In this document: piece after piece, positions 1 to 10,500 of the stretch
Position numbering within the stretch: position 1 is the first letter of the stretch
How the letters are laid out: each line of letters opens with the position of its first letter
DNA from: Azolla caroliniana
Lineage: Eukaryota; Plantae; Polypodiophyta
Length of the DNA stretch: 64,000 nt
Direction of reading: 5' to 3'
Assembly (NCBI GenBank): GCA_043228905.1
Contig: JBHGNT010000011.1
Span: 14,694,001 to 14,758,000, forward strand
Notes under the pieces: model-generated
Seen by the model: only the letters and a program-made list of their open reading frames with translations
Databases searched by the model: none
Told to the model about the DNA's origin: nothing
Program-made: the position numbers and the translations under genes

Positions 1-38
1 TGTAGTGTAACAACTTACCAATAGGGTAAGCTAATTAC

Positions 39-44
39 GAGAGA

Positions 45-85
<41 letters not shown>
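39..85. repeat. (GA)n microsatellite
   Basis: Near-perfect GA dinucleotide run. Confidence 0.95.
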
Positions 86-90
<5 letters not shown>

Positions 91-759
91 AAAAAATGCG
101 AGAGTGGAGAAGGGAAGAAGAAGCAAATTTGTTTTTATTGCTATGCTCTCTATTGGTAACGGAATTGAGCACAAAGAAAAGCGTTGGAAAGCCCTTGAGT
201 AGAGCTTCGGAACGAGATATAGCAAGTTGAATTTGGCGGTTTGTACGAGAAGCAGCGATAGAAATAAGGAATCTTGTGTTGTCGGCATCCACATACTCAA
301 AAATCATTGTGGGTCTTCGATTGCTTTCAAAATCTTCGACCTCTTCAATCGGGTGAGTTCTGATTTTCTCTCTTGTTCATGGAAAATTGTTTTTATCCCG
401 GATCGATATAATGATGGACATAAACATGAATTCCTCACAAATTGTGGGGGATATTAATATGGAAACAATCGATCCAAAAAAGAGTAATGTGATGGTTGAA
501 TGTAATCGTGAAAGGGAAGACATTGGAAGCTCTAAGAGGTTTAAGGGAATTGAAGAAATTAATGAAAAAAAATTAACATATGCCGAAATAATACATGTAG
601 ATGAAGTTGACAAGGATCTCTATAATTGGGATAATTTATGGGGAATTGCCAATACCTTATTGTTGGATATTGTGGAAGAAAACGAAAATGCAGTGAAAGA
701 ATGCATTGAAGAGGATGTGTGCATGATGTGGAAGTTGATGCTAAGGCAGTTTTGCAATC

Positions 760-1329
760 ATTTGATGTATTCTATGATTGTGCTATTATATATTTTTTTA
801 CCGGCAAACTCCCATATGTTAATTGGATTAAACAATGGTTGAACACAATCGTGTCACCAAATTGTGTTGAAAAAATATATATGCGGGACCACAAGGGTTT
901 TACGATGTAGTATTTCGTTCACCGGAGCATCGAAGTGCATTGTTGGGTAAAGTTCCTATGTTTTTTGATAAATGATTGGTGCATGTTATGCAATGGTCCC
1001 CCGTAGTGGACTATCATGCTTTGTTAAAACAAGAATCTCCTATTTGGGTTACAATGGATTGCAAGCATGCTTTTTTATGGCCACTTTTACCAGAGTTGAT
1101 GAGTCAAATGGGTAAAGTGTTGGTATCTCCACATGCAAATGCTACAAATAAGTGTAGATTTTGTGTGTTATGGGATACAAGTCACAAGAGGCCAGGATGG
1201 GTGCGTATGAATGCTCTTGGTATGAGAAGTCTTTGTTTTAAACTGAAGTGGGAGACATTTGCAGGTCATTGTTTTGGATGTGGTGAATGGGGTCACTTTA
1301 TGGTGGAATGCCACGGTCATTGTCCTTGA
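760..1329 (+). pseudogene. LINE ORF1 remnant with CCHC zinc knuckle
   Basis: QWSP...PIWV...CFGCGEWGHFMVEC (CX2CX4HX4C), broken by stops and frameshifts. Confidence 0.75.
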
Positions 1330-1943
1330 ACTACAAAGGTTCCTATTGATGGGAACGATAAGGAAGGAGTTGGGAGAGATGTTGGTGTATCAGATTTTGT
1401 GGATGAAGGAACATCACCTAGAGCAGGTTATAAAGAGGTCTCACTTCAAGGTTTGGGCCCTAAGAATAAGGGAATTGAATCTATGGATATGGAAAACCAA
1501 AGTTTAGTGGTTAAAGATAAGGGGAAAAAACCGTTGGATAGAGCTAGTAGTGATGTTGTTGACAAAGATTGGCATGAGGTTAAGGGCAAGTCGAAAGGGA
1601 AATCAATGAATATGCAGCGTAGTAGCTTGCCCACTACTCGTGTGACTACTTGGCAAGGTAATTCAGGAACTAGGGAGGGCCCTCGAAAAATTCCTTGGCA
1701 ACGACAATCTAGGGATAAGGGATTACCCCTTCACCTTCAATTTGATTCATTGGGACGAGTTGTAAATTCATCGAATTCTTGAGGTTTTCGTCAAGCGGGA
1801 GGACCTAAAAAAATAGATTTCGATAGACAACCCTAAGGATGTGGTGCATGAAAATCCATATGCAGCATTGGAGCATGCTTTGACTAGTTTCATGACATCG
1901 GTTGCTCTAAAGGAGCAAGTGCTCCCATAGCATTGTTGATTGA

Positions 1944-3601
1944 ATGAAAGTGGTAAATATGGAATGTGAGAGGGGCATCTTCTCCTCATAAGAAGTATAT
2001 ACTATGGGAAACTTTGTTAAGTAGAGAATGGGATGTAGTATGTGTAGTTGAGCATAAGTGTCATGAGTTAGCAAGATCTACAATGCATTTGCGTGGATAT
2101 TCATCATTTTATGCAGGATATCTTAATAATCATTATTCAAGTGTGGTATTAATCGTGAGGGATAAGTATTATCCTCAAGTGGTGCATAATGATCCTTATG
2201 GTCGGTTTTTGGTTCTAGAAATCACTTTTTTTGGCGAGGTTGTGTGGGTGGTTGGGATTTATGCCCCTAACCAAGCCACTCACCGTATTGCATTATGGGG
2301 TTCACTCCTTCAAACCCTATCTATTGGACGTCCAGGATTACTTATGGGCGATTTTAACATGTGTGCTGATGCACGTCTGAACATTCAATCATGGATGATC
2401 TTGAGCAACTTGTTTGGGACTCATTGGCTATGGAGGTTCTGAAGTTGGATGTTTGGACATGGTTGCAAGGGAATGATCCAGGGTTTACCTTCCAATCTGC
2501 TCAACATAGACAAACATGGAGTTGGTTAGATAGAATGTATGTGATGCATGATGATTATGATTCTTTTTTACCGACATCACTTCGTATGAACGTTCTACAA
2601 GATGTTGCTCGGAGGTGTGTAATCATGCAATTGACATGTATAAATCTTTACTTGGAAAGCCTCCACTACGCTTTAACTCTTCTCTTTTGCTTCATCCTCA
2701 CTTTGATTCTCTCATGGAGCAAATTTTGGTAAATTTTTCTCAACAAGTGAATCTTAAAGGAGTTAAAGCATGGGATATCACATTACGAAACATTAACATC
2801 ATTCATCGTATGTATGGAGTAACCAATGCTCAACGAAGAAGAGGTCTTATTCGACAATTCTCACAAGTTCTCTCTAGGTGTAATGCATTATTGATACATA
2901 CACCATTAGATGAGGAGCTTTTGGATATTCAGAGTCAATTGCATATTATTATTTCTCAGTTGCAATGCCAAAGTTATCGTTATGCTAAGATGCGACAACT
3001 CAGGGAAGGACTCATTGATAATCAATGTCAATCTCATTTGCTTTTCCAAGCATTACATCCTACTTATGCTCGATCTAATGTGGTACATGTGAAGCAAGGG
3101 GATGAATTGATAGTGGATCCTACAACAATAATTGACATATGTCTTCATTACTTTAAGGAGTTGATTTCTCCACAATTGTTAATGACAGATGAGGTGAGTA
3201 GAGCACGTCATGAGTTTTATGATGTGGTTGGATGTATTGTGCATGATCTCATTAGTCATGAATTGGATGTGGATTTCACTGAGGATGAAGTGGATGTAGT
3301 TTTAAGGCTTCTTCCTAGTGGTAAGAGCCCTAGTTGGGATGGCTTGACAAATGAAGTTTTTAAGAGATATTCCAACATTTTAAAGGGGCCCTTGACTTTG
3401 ATGTTTCAACAGTCTTGGGATTCTGGTTGTATGCCTCAAGCTTGGAAGATTGGTCTAATTAAACTATATCCAAAGGTGGCATCTCCTGAGTCATTTCATC
3501 AATGGAGACCTATTTCTTTGATGGGGGGGTTGTACAAGATATTTACGACGGTCTTGGCAAATAGATTACATGCCAAAGTTGATACACCCCGCTTGATACG
3601 G
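1944..3601 (+). pseudogene. LINE ORF2 remnant: APE endonuclease plus reverse transcriptase N-terminus
   Basis: WNVRG, VGIYAPN, LMGDFN, FTF..LDR, GKSPSWDG, WRPISLMGGLYKIFT..LANRL; frameshifted. Confidence 0.9.
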
Positions 3602-4252
3602 TGTCGAGGTATTCCTCGCGGATGCGTGGAATGAGGCGGGACCTCGGGGGTCTTGTACCGAAGAGCAATAGGGAAAGGAGAAGGGAAGGGACCCACTACG
3701 TGCAGGCGTAGATCCACAGGGACACGGCCCTTCGACACGAAGACGCGAGCGTGGAAACCAACACAGAGAGGAACAACGGTATGTAAATGTATATTAACAG
3801 AGACAAACAACAAAACACGAAGTCGGTTACAACCGAACAGGCCGGCGAACAGATGCCGATGCCTGTTCGTAAACGCACAGAAAGGAAAGAGTAGGTTGGA
3901 GGTGCTGCCGGAAGCACTCGGGCATTCCTCAGAGCAGCTTGAGCCTCCCGAAACCTGCACAGCAAGAAGCTACGGGGTTTGCGAGCCAGAGAGAGAGAGA
4001 AGCCTTCGCCCACAAACCGACAACACTTCGTCCTCGACTCTCCGCGATCCCCCTCCTCCTCCTCGTCTCCCTCCTTTTATAGGCAAGAAGGGAGCCGTTT
4101 CCTATTAACTTCCTACCTACCGAATCTACCTACCTAGGATCTTCCATGTCCCTAATTCTCTCCTATGTACAACACAAGGCGCACGTGCATGAAGAGCCAG
4201 TTCCTATGCTCCGGCGCACCGATTCCGCTTGTGGACAGTTTTCTTCACGACA
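3602..4252 (-). repeat. 3' LTR of family A copy 1
   Basis: Direct repeat of 9267-9917; adjacent PPT (AGGTGGGGCGGA on the minus strand). Confidence 0.95.
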
Positions 4253-4325
4253 TCCGCCCCCACCTAACCGCGCATCCACCGGCATGCGCCAAATTGAGTT
4301 GGGACGGAGAAAACCGGTCCAGCCT

Positions 4326-7300
4326 TCATTCCCCGCCTGTCGGTTCTTCCTCGGTGTCGGATCGTTCGTCGTTCCGGTCCAGGTCAACCGGATCCGGCTC
4401 GTCGTCGTGACGCTTCTTGAACGCTTTGATCCGCTTCCCAGCTACCGGTATCGTCATTCTCGTGCCGTCGAGTTTCGCCAGATGGTACGTTCCGTTGTCG
4501 TTGGTGCTTTGTACCACGTAAGGCCCGAACCACCTTCTTGCGAACTTCCGTGTTGCTCGGTGCTGGTTGTCGAGGCTACTGTCGTAGACTAGCACCCAGT
4601 CGCCTTCCTCGATCTTCTTCGGTCGGAGCCGGTGCGTTCGGTCAAACCGGGCTTTGTTCCTCATCCTTGCTTCCCGAAGCTTTCCCGCAGCCTGCTCCAC
4701 GTCTTCCGGCCTTCGTTCGAGCTGACGCATGCGCGCCGCCAATAGTTCCTCCCCGCTCATCTCGTCTCTCCAGTCCACGGTTGCCCATGAGAAGATTGTA
4801 CGTTCCATCGGCATGATCGGCTTCTGCCCAAACATGAGCTCTGCCGGCATGAATCCGGTTACCGAACTGTGCGTAGTTCGGTCAGCCCACAACGCGTAAG
4901 GCAGCAGCAGCGGCCAGTTCCCGACTTGACCCCCGCATGCCCGAACTAACGCCTTGACGATTGGTCCGTGTCTGCGCTCCACCTTCCCATTCGCCTCCGG
5001 ATTGTACGCAGTGGTAAGCGAGAGCTTGACTCCTAACCGGTCGAACAGCTCCTCGGCCTCTTCAGCGTCCAACTCCCCGCGATCAGCCACGATCTTCCCG
5101 ACGCACCCGTACCGGCATATCATGTCCTCGATTAGGAACCGACATACGGCTGCAGTCGTTTTGTTCTGAAGGGCCCGGCCTTCCACCTGGTTCGTCAGAT
5201 CTTCCCGAGCCAGGACCAGATACCGCATCTGTCCTACTCCCATCGGCATCGTCACTAGGTCTACCATCCATTTGAAGTGGATGGTCGGAGGGTACGTAGG
5301 GTGAAGCCCGTCCCGATGTCGGACTATGGAGTGCATCTGACAGCTCTCGCAAGTTGTCACGAACCGATGCACGTCCCGGTACAATCCCGGCCACCAGTAC
5401 TTCCCCTTTATCTTCTCGAACGTGGCCCACGTTCCACGGTGTCCAGCCCAAGGGCTGTCGCGGTAGGCCGTCAGCAGCTCCTCCTGTTCTTCCTTCATCG
5501 CCACCACCCGGAGCGGGACGTCGTTCCTCTTCTTTGGGTGCTTCCACAAGTATCCGTCCCGGAGAAAGAATCGGTAAGCTTTCTTCCGGATCCTGTTGGC
5601 CTCGTCCTTCGTCCATGACGCATCCGGCATCATTGTCCTCAAAAATCCACCAATCTGGAGCCACTCGCCGTCGTACTTGCTCTCGTCGAAGTCGTTAAGT
5701 GCCGGAGTGCTCGTCCCATTGGTCGTCACGTACGCCACCTTGAAGAAGTCCACGCCGACTTCTTCGTCCTCCGAAACCATGCCGCCCTCGTCATCAAACC
5801 TCGCCCTCGAAAGCATGTCGGCCATGGCGTTGTCCTTTCCGGAAATGTGCCGTATTTCCGGATCCAGGGACTTGATGTATGCTATCCACCTGAGCATCGC
5901 CAGGTTCGGTGTCGTGCATCCGGAAACCATGCCGAGAATTGGCAGGCAATCCGTCTCGATAATCACTTCCATCCCGATCAGGTAGTCTTTGTCGGCCTTT
6001 ACTGCCGAAACGATACCCCACAGTTCGCGTTTAACCTGGGCATACCCTCGCTGTCGCTCACTGAGGACCTTCGCGCCGAATCGGATCGGGAACCGAATGC
6101 CGTCCCCGTCTTCTTGGTTGACGACCCATCCGATCCTGGTCGGACTCGTATCCACCGTTATGTATACCGGGGTACCCTTCTCGTAGACAGCCTTCCGGAG
6201 CGCCGGTGCTGCCGCAAGAGCTTCCTTCAGCTTCCGGACCGACTCCGTGTGCCTGTCTCGCCACTCGAATTTTCTCCCTTTCTTCAGCAACCCATATAGC
6301 GGCTCCGCAACGTGGGCGTAATGTGGGATCCATATGTGGTAGAATGCGCATGCCCCCAGGAACCTCCGAACTTCCGTAAACGAGCTACAGTCGGTCTTCA
6401 TCGCGGAGATGGCTTCTACTTTTGCCGGAGACGGCTTCCGGCCATATGGTCCACATAGGTGTCCGACCACCAGGATTTCTGATTGCCCGAAGGCCGATTT
6501 CTCCCCGGAGAAGGTGAGCCTCGCATCCTCTAGCCTTTGTAGCACCTTCTCGCAGTCGTCGATGTGTGTTGCCACAAATCGCCGGCATCTGTCCGGCCCG
6601 AGTGTCTCGTCCTTCTCTTCCACCGGGCACCCCTTGATCGGGATGTTGTCTAGAAATGGCATGGTGATGTCTGGGATGCAATCCCTCAGTACCTTGTTCA
6701 TTGCATTCACCATGTGGGCCACCGAGTTGGTCCCTCCTTGTGGTAGGGTACACATTCGCACTAGGCCGAGGGGAGTTCGCATCGTCGTAATGTCTCTGCT
6801 CTCCACGGCTAGTTGGAACTGGTCGTACCCCGAGTACAGATCACCGACCGAGTAAATCGACCTTCCGGCGAAGGCCTCCGCGAACTCGTCTATGGTCGGT
6901 CCGATTCCTGCGTTCCGAATGGTCACTCTGTTGACCGGTTGCAGGTCCTGAATGAAGCGCAATGTTCCGTTTTTCTTTGGTACGGTAAACCATCGGTTCG
7001 AGTATGGCGCGCTCGACGGTTCGAGAATACCCATATCGACTTTCTGCCTCAGTAGCTCCATCAACTCCGGGATGTGAGCTCTCGGTACTGGAATCGGCTT
7101 GAGATTCCACGGCACATGTGGTACCGTGAATATCACCATCGGCTCCACGATCATCGGGTCTACGCACCCGATCTCTTCCGGTGAGAATGCGAAGGCCTTT
7201 CCGTGCCTTCCGAGCATCCTCCGAAACCGGTCTTCCTCCGCCGGCAGTAGGAACCCGCCCCCACCGATCTTGAGCTCCCGGAGCGTCCCGTCGGTGAAGG

Positions 7301-7829
7301 TGTGTCCTACGCAGGCCGGATCTCGTAAACTGGGGTCCGACGCAACCCCTCTGATTCGGGACTCGCTGCCCTCCGGTAAGGGTGCCGCGACTGGCCTTAC
7401 CTTCCAGTCCACAGTCTTGTACTTCGTGCTAACTCGGGCCGTCCGATCCGACCGGAGCCCCTGGCTGAAGTTCGCGATTACTTCGTACATCTCTTCGGAA
7501 CATACCGATATCGTCCGGTCTTCGTTAAGGTCTTCTCCGGCTACCTTCCTCAGCATCCCCAAGGCATCGTCGAAGGAGACCGCCTCCACGGCCCCGCTGA
7601 TTTCCTCGTCCGGGCCGAGAACTCCGCACGCTCGAAGTCGCTCCTCCGCCCTTGCCCTTTCTCGGCCAACGATGTCGACTATCATACACCCTCCGTTGTT
7701 GGAGAAGCAGAATTTTCTACCTATCGTACAAGGTTTCTTCAGTTTCGGTCCTATCGTACAGCTGTGGGGTCTTTCCCGAGTGTCCGGACACTCTCGGCCC
7801 CACGCCTTGGCAGCCCTCTCTAAAAATCC
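4326..7829 (-). CDS. pol: RT-RNase H-integrase, open about 1165 aa; RT catalytic motif reads FLDN
   Basis: VPKKNGTLRFIQDLQPVN, DLYSGYDQF, LPQGGTNS, VDTS..GWV, HRG..CESCQ zinc finger, D..D..E (ADRGEL, YNPEANGKVER), WFGPY. Probably entered by a -1 frameshift at 7823-7829. Confidence 0.93.
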   Translation of the reverse strand, partial: GFLERAAKAWGRECPDTRERPHSCTIGPKLKKPCTIGRKFCFSNNGGCMIVDIVGRERARAEERLRACGVLGPDEEISGAVEAVSFDDALGMLRKVAGEDLNEDRTISVCSEEMYEVIANFSQGLRSDRTARVSTKYKTVDWKVRPVAAPLPEGSESRIRGVASDPSLRDPACVGHTFTDGTLRELKIGGGGFLLPAEEDRFRRMLGRHGKAFAFSPEEIGCVDPMIVEPMVIFTVPHVPWNLKPIPVPRAHIPELMELLRQKVDMGILEPSSAPYSNRWFTVPKKNGTLRFIQDLQPVNRVTIRNAGIGPTIDEFAEAFAGRSIYSVGDLYSGYDQFQLAVESRDITTMRTPLGLVRMCTLPQGGTNSVAHMVNAMNKVLRDCIPDITMPFLDNIPIKGCPVEEKDETLGPDRCRRFVATHIDDCEKVLQRLEDARLTFSGEKSAFGQSEILVVGHLCGPYGRKPSPAKVEAISAMKTDCSSFTEVRRFLGACAFYHIWIPHYAHVAEPLYGLLKKGRKFEWRDRHTESVRKLKEALAAAPALRKAVYEKGTPVYITVDTSPTRIGWVVNQEDGDGIRFPIRFGAKVLSERQRGYAQVKRELWGIVSAVKADKDYLIGMEVIIETDCLPILGMVSGCTTPNLAMLRWIAYIKSLDPEIRHISGKDNAMADMLSRARFDDEGGMVSEDEEVGVDFFKVAYVTTNGTSTPALNDFDESKYDGEWLQIGGFLRTMMPDASWTKDEANRIRKKAYRFFLRDGYLWKHPKKRNDVPLRVVAMKEEQEELLTAYRDSPWAGHRGTWATFEKIKGKYWWPGLYRDVHRFVTTCESCQMHSIVRHRDGLHPTYPPTIHFKWMVDLVTMPMGVGQMRYLVLAREDLTNQVEGRALQNKTTAAVCRFLIEDMICRYGCVGKIVADRGELDAEEAEELFDRLGVKLSLTTAYNPEANGKVERRHGPIVKALVRACGGQVGNWPLLLPYALWADRTTHSSVTGFMPAELMFGQKPIMPMERTIFSWATVDWRDEMSGEELLAARMRQLERRPEDVEQAAGKLREARMRNKARFDRTHRLRPKKIEEGDWVLVYDSSLDNQHRATRKFARRWFGPYVVQSTNDNGTYHLAKLDGTRMTIPVAGKRIKAFKKRHDDEPDPVDLDRNDERSDTEEEPTGGE

Positions 7830-7882
7830 TCCCGGTTCTCGCCACCGAGGGACCCACCGGCATCGTTCCGTCGTTGCCCGAA

Positions 7883-9223
7883 TCAGGTCTCGTACCATTG
7901 TGAGGGCCCAGCCGCTCCGGCTTTCCCCACTCGTTTGTCTTCTACCAGAGCCTCGTAGTTCCGGCAGGCGGCTTCTACGAAGCCCGTCTTCTCCTCGACC
8001 GGATCACTCCACCCAGTTATTTCCCAGACCCGTCTCTCAGCGTGGTCCATTTCATCTTTCCTTAGCCGTGCGCCGACAAGACCTTCCAGCATTGCCGACC
8101 AGAATCCGTCTTTGCCCTCCTTTCGGGCCTCGCTGCCCCCGACCCGAATGCCGGCCGACGCCGAGTAGTGGATGGCCTCCACGTGTCGGGCCGCTGCCTC
8201 TTCCATCAGTCTCTTCATTCCTCCTCGCCCGTCGTTTCGGTTTAGGGCCCTTCTGGTGTCGCCGGCGTGCACCCGGCCTTCCCACAGGTACACCACCCGG
8301 TTCCTCAACGCATCTGCGAAATCGCCGCAGTCCTTCCGGATGTGGCCGACCTCGTCGCACCACATGCACCTATTCCCTGCTACCGGCCGTCGGTCACGAG
8401 CCGGTTCGCCGCCTTCCCTTCGAGTCTGGGCGATCTGGAGATCCTTTATCGCCCGCGTCAACTCCTCCAGCGCTGCTCCTCCGGACGAGCCACTAACCAT
8501 GCCGGTCGAAGCCGGACCAGTTTCGAGCCATTCCCGGGTTTCTTCCCTTCGCCCTTGCGGTGCCGGTTCAAGCCTCCTTGCTATGACAGAGCCCGCACTA
8601 GCCGCCCCGTTGTCAGCCCATTCTCGCCGTTTGTCGAAACAGCCATAGACTCTCTTAACCGCAGCCTAGTCGGTCATCAGCCCGTCTTCGGTTTCCAGCA
8701 AGGAGCCGACTTGATCCCGGTCCCGCTCGTCCACCGACTTGACGAACAGTAGGACCCGGCTCGTATCCAGAACAGTTCGGTCAAGCACCGAAAGGCGCGC
8801 AAAGCGTTCTTCGAACTCCCGGAGGAGTGCCGACGCGTTTCTTCCCTTGCCGGGGGACTCCACCCACTCCATGAAGTCTTGTTTCGAAAGCCGGAGCGTG
8901 TCGTCCAGCCCGTATTTTTCTAGGAGTCGACCTTTGAACTCCTCCCAGGTACGGCTCTCCGCCCGCACCTCGAGCACCTCCGCATGGATGCTCGGCATCG
9001 CCACTCGAGGGAACCCAGCAAGACGCCTCTCTTCCGGAATGTCCCGCATCAGCATTTCTGCCTCGTAGGACGCCAAATACTTCGTGGCGTCCTTTCCGCT
9101 GAACCGGCCGATCGTACCGACGACCGCCTCAATGGCTCTATCGAGGGCGTCGGTGCCCTCACGTGCGCTCAATATTCGATCCACTGCCGAAGCCATGGCC
9201 TCCGCAAGATTCGACCCCTTCAT
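7883..9223 (-). pseudogene. gag of family A copy 1 with zinc knuckle, one internal stop
   Basis: ATG at 9223 (MKGSNLAEAM), RFSGKDATKYL, CMWCDEVGHIRKDC; TAG near 8666. Confidence 0.85.
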
Positions 9224-9245
9224 CTTCTGCTCTTCTGCCGCCTCC

Positions 9246-9263
9246 TTCACGTCGGGTTCACCA
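9246..9263 (-). promoter_or_regulatory. Primer-binding site complementary to the tRNA-Trp 3' end
   Basis: Plus strand TTCACGTCGGGTTCACCA matches the 3' 18 nt of plant cytosolic tRNA-Trp as I recall it; 3 nt from the 5' LTR; identical at 22802-22819. Confidence 0.85.
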
Positions 9264-9266
9264 AGA

Positions 9267-9917
9267 TGTCGAGGTATTCCTCGTGGATGCGTGGAATGAG
9301 GCGGGACCTCGGGGGTCTTGTACCGAAGAGCAATAGGGAAAGGAGAAGGGAAGGGACCCACTACGTGCGGGCGTAGATCCACAGGGACATGGCCCTTCGA
9401 CACGAAGACGCGAGCGTGGAAACCAACACAGAGAGGCACAACGGTATGTAAGTGTATATTAACAGAGACAAACAACAAAACACGAAGTCGGTTACAACCG
9501 AACAGGCCGGCGAACAGATGCCAATGCCTGTTCGTAAACGCACAGAAAGGAAAGAGTAGGTTGGAGGTGCTGCCGGAAGCACTCAGGCATTCCTCAGAGC
9601 AGCGCGAGCCTCCCGAAACCTGCACAGCAAGAAGCTACGAGGTTTGCGAGCCAGAGAGAGAGAGAAGCCTTCGCCCACAAACCGACAGCACTTCGTCCTC
9701 GACTCTCCGCGATCCCCCTCCTCCTCCTCGTCTCCCTCCTTTTATAGGCAAGAAGGGAGCCGTTTCCTATTAACTTCCTACCTACCGAATCTACCTACCT
9801 AGGATCTTCCATGTCCCTAATTCTCTCCTATGTACAACACAAGGCGCACGTGCATGAAGAGCCGGTTCCTATGCTCCGGCGCACCGATTCCGCTTGTGGG
9901 CGGTTTTCTTCACGACA
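9267..9917 (-). repeat. 5' LTR of family A copy 1
   Basis: Direct repeat of 3602-4252. Confidence 0.95.
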
Positions 9918-9952
9918 ACGGTTTTATTGCAGGTGTCATGAAGACAACATTT

Positions 9953-10019
9953 TGGTTATCAAGAATCGAACGCACGACTTCTTGGTCTATTTGTTGAACC
10001 CTTAACCATTGTAATAACA
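9953..10019 (-). promoter_or_regulatory. tRNA-like Pol III module antisense in LTR U3
   Basis: Minus strand TGTTATTACAATGGTTAAG...AAGTCGTGCGTTCGATTCTTGATAACCA: A-box-like, B-box GTTCGATTC, paired ends, terminal CCA. Confidence 0.65.
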
Positions 10020-10419
10020 TATATGTTGTGTGATTATAATAATTATGTTTCTAGTTATTACAAGATATTAGAATATTCTAGAACATTCTAGATTATTCTA
10101 GAACATTCTAGATTATTCTAGAACATCCTTTATATTTCATGATTATATTTCTTATCATAAAATCTAAAATATTCTAGAACATTCTAGATTACTCCATAAG
10201 GACCTATAAATAACTGTCTATACATTCGGTTCAACTCATTCGGTTCAACACCAGTCTTTAGCCCTTAGCCTACTCATTGTAATCTTGTTTCATCATAATA
10301 TAATCTCATTTCTATTTCAAGTCTTATCTCTCTCTCTCTCTCTCTCACTCTCACGCACACACACACACACCCTCTCTCTTTTGCTCTCACTCTATCTTCT
10401 ACCAACGAGTCTCGACAGT

Positions 10420-10430
10420 TTGAACCGAAT
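10420..10430 (+). promoter_or_regulatory. Self-priming PBS (Tf1 type)
   Basis: TTGAACCGAAT is the exact complement of ATTCGGTTCAA at 10238-10248 (and 10224-10234) downstream of the LTR TATA box; no tRNA-type TGG PBS. Confidence 0.85.
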
Positions 10431-10500
10431 TTTCTGTTTCCTTTTCCAATAACCCTAGCAAGCTTTCTTCTTTTCCCTTCTTTCTTTTTCTCCCTCAGTT

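Larger units (their letters stand above)
387..3601 (+). mobile_element. Degenerate L1-type LINE, 5' part; cut at 3601 by an LTR element, resumes for 16 bp at 9918-9933
   Basis: ORF1 zinc knuckle, APE endonuclease and RT N-terminus in order. Joining 3601 to 9922 restores the RT motif IHPA*YGFIAG. The 5' boundary is approximate. Confidence 0.85.
3602..9917 (-). mobile_element. Ty3/Gypsy LTR retrotransposon, family A copy 1 (both LTRs present, internal deletion of the protease)
   Basis: 651-bp LTRs 3602-4252 and 9267-9917 (TGTCG...CGACA; about 14 substitutions by eye). TSD ACGG at 3598-3601 and 9918-9921. PPT just inside 4253. gag then RT-RH-INT on the minus strand. Confidence 0.97.

Noticed and set aside
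1-7. TGTAGTG could be the end of a CACTA element (CACTACA on the minus strand)
   Set aside because: Only 7 bp at the window edge; cannot be verified.
3653-4108. 151-aa ORF repeated at 9318-9773, and the 319-aa ORF 8666-9625 starting in the LTR
   Set aside because: These lie in GC-rich LTR sequence with no domain, and the repetition is just the LTR duplication; the real gag start is 9223.
7099-8496. 465-aa plus-strand ORF and many other antisense ORFs over GC-rich pol genes
   Set aside because: Shadow ORFs caused by codon bias; not conserved at full length in copy 2.
9918-9933. Two LTR elements inserted about 12 bp apart in the LINE, as a hotspot
   Set aside because: A single observation, and the Tcn1-like copy lacks its second junction, so a hotspot cannot be distinguished from chance.
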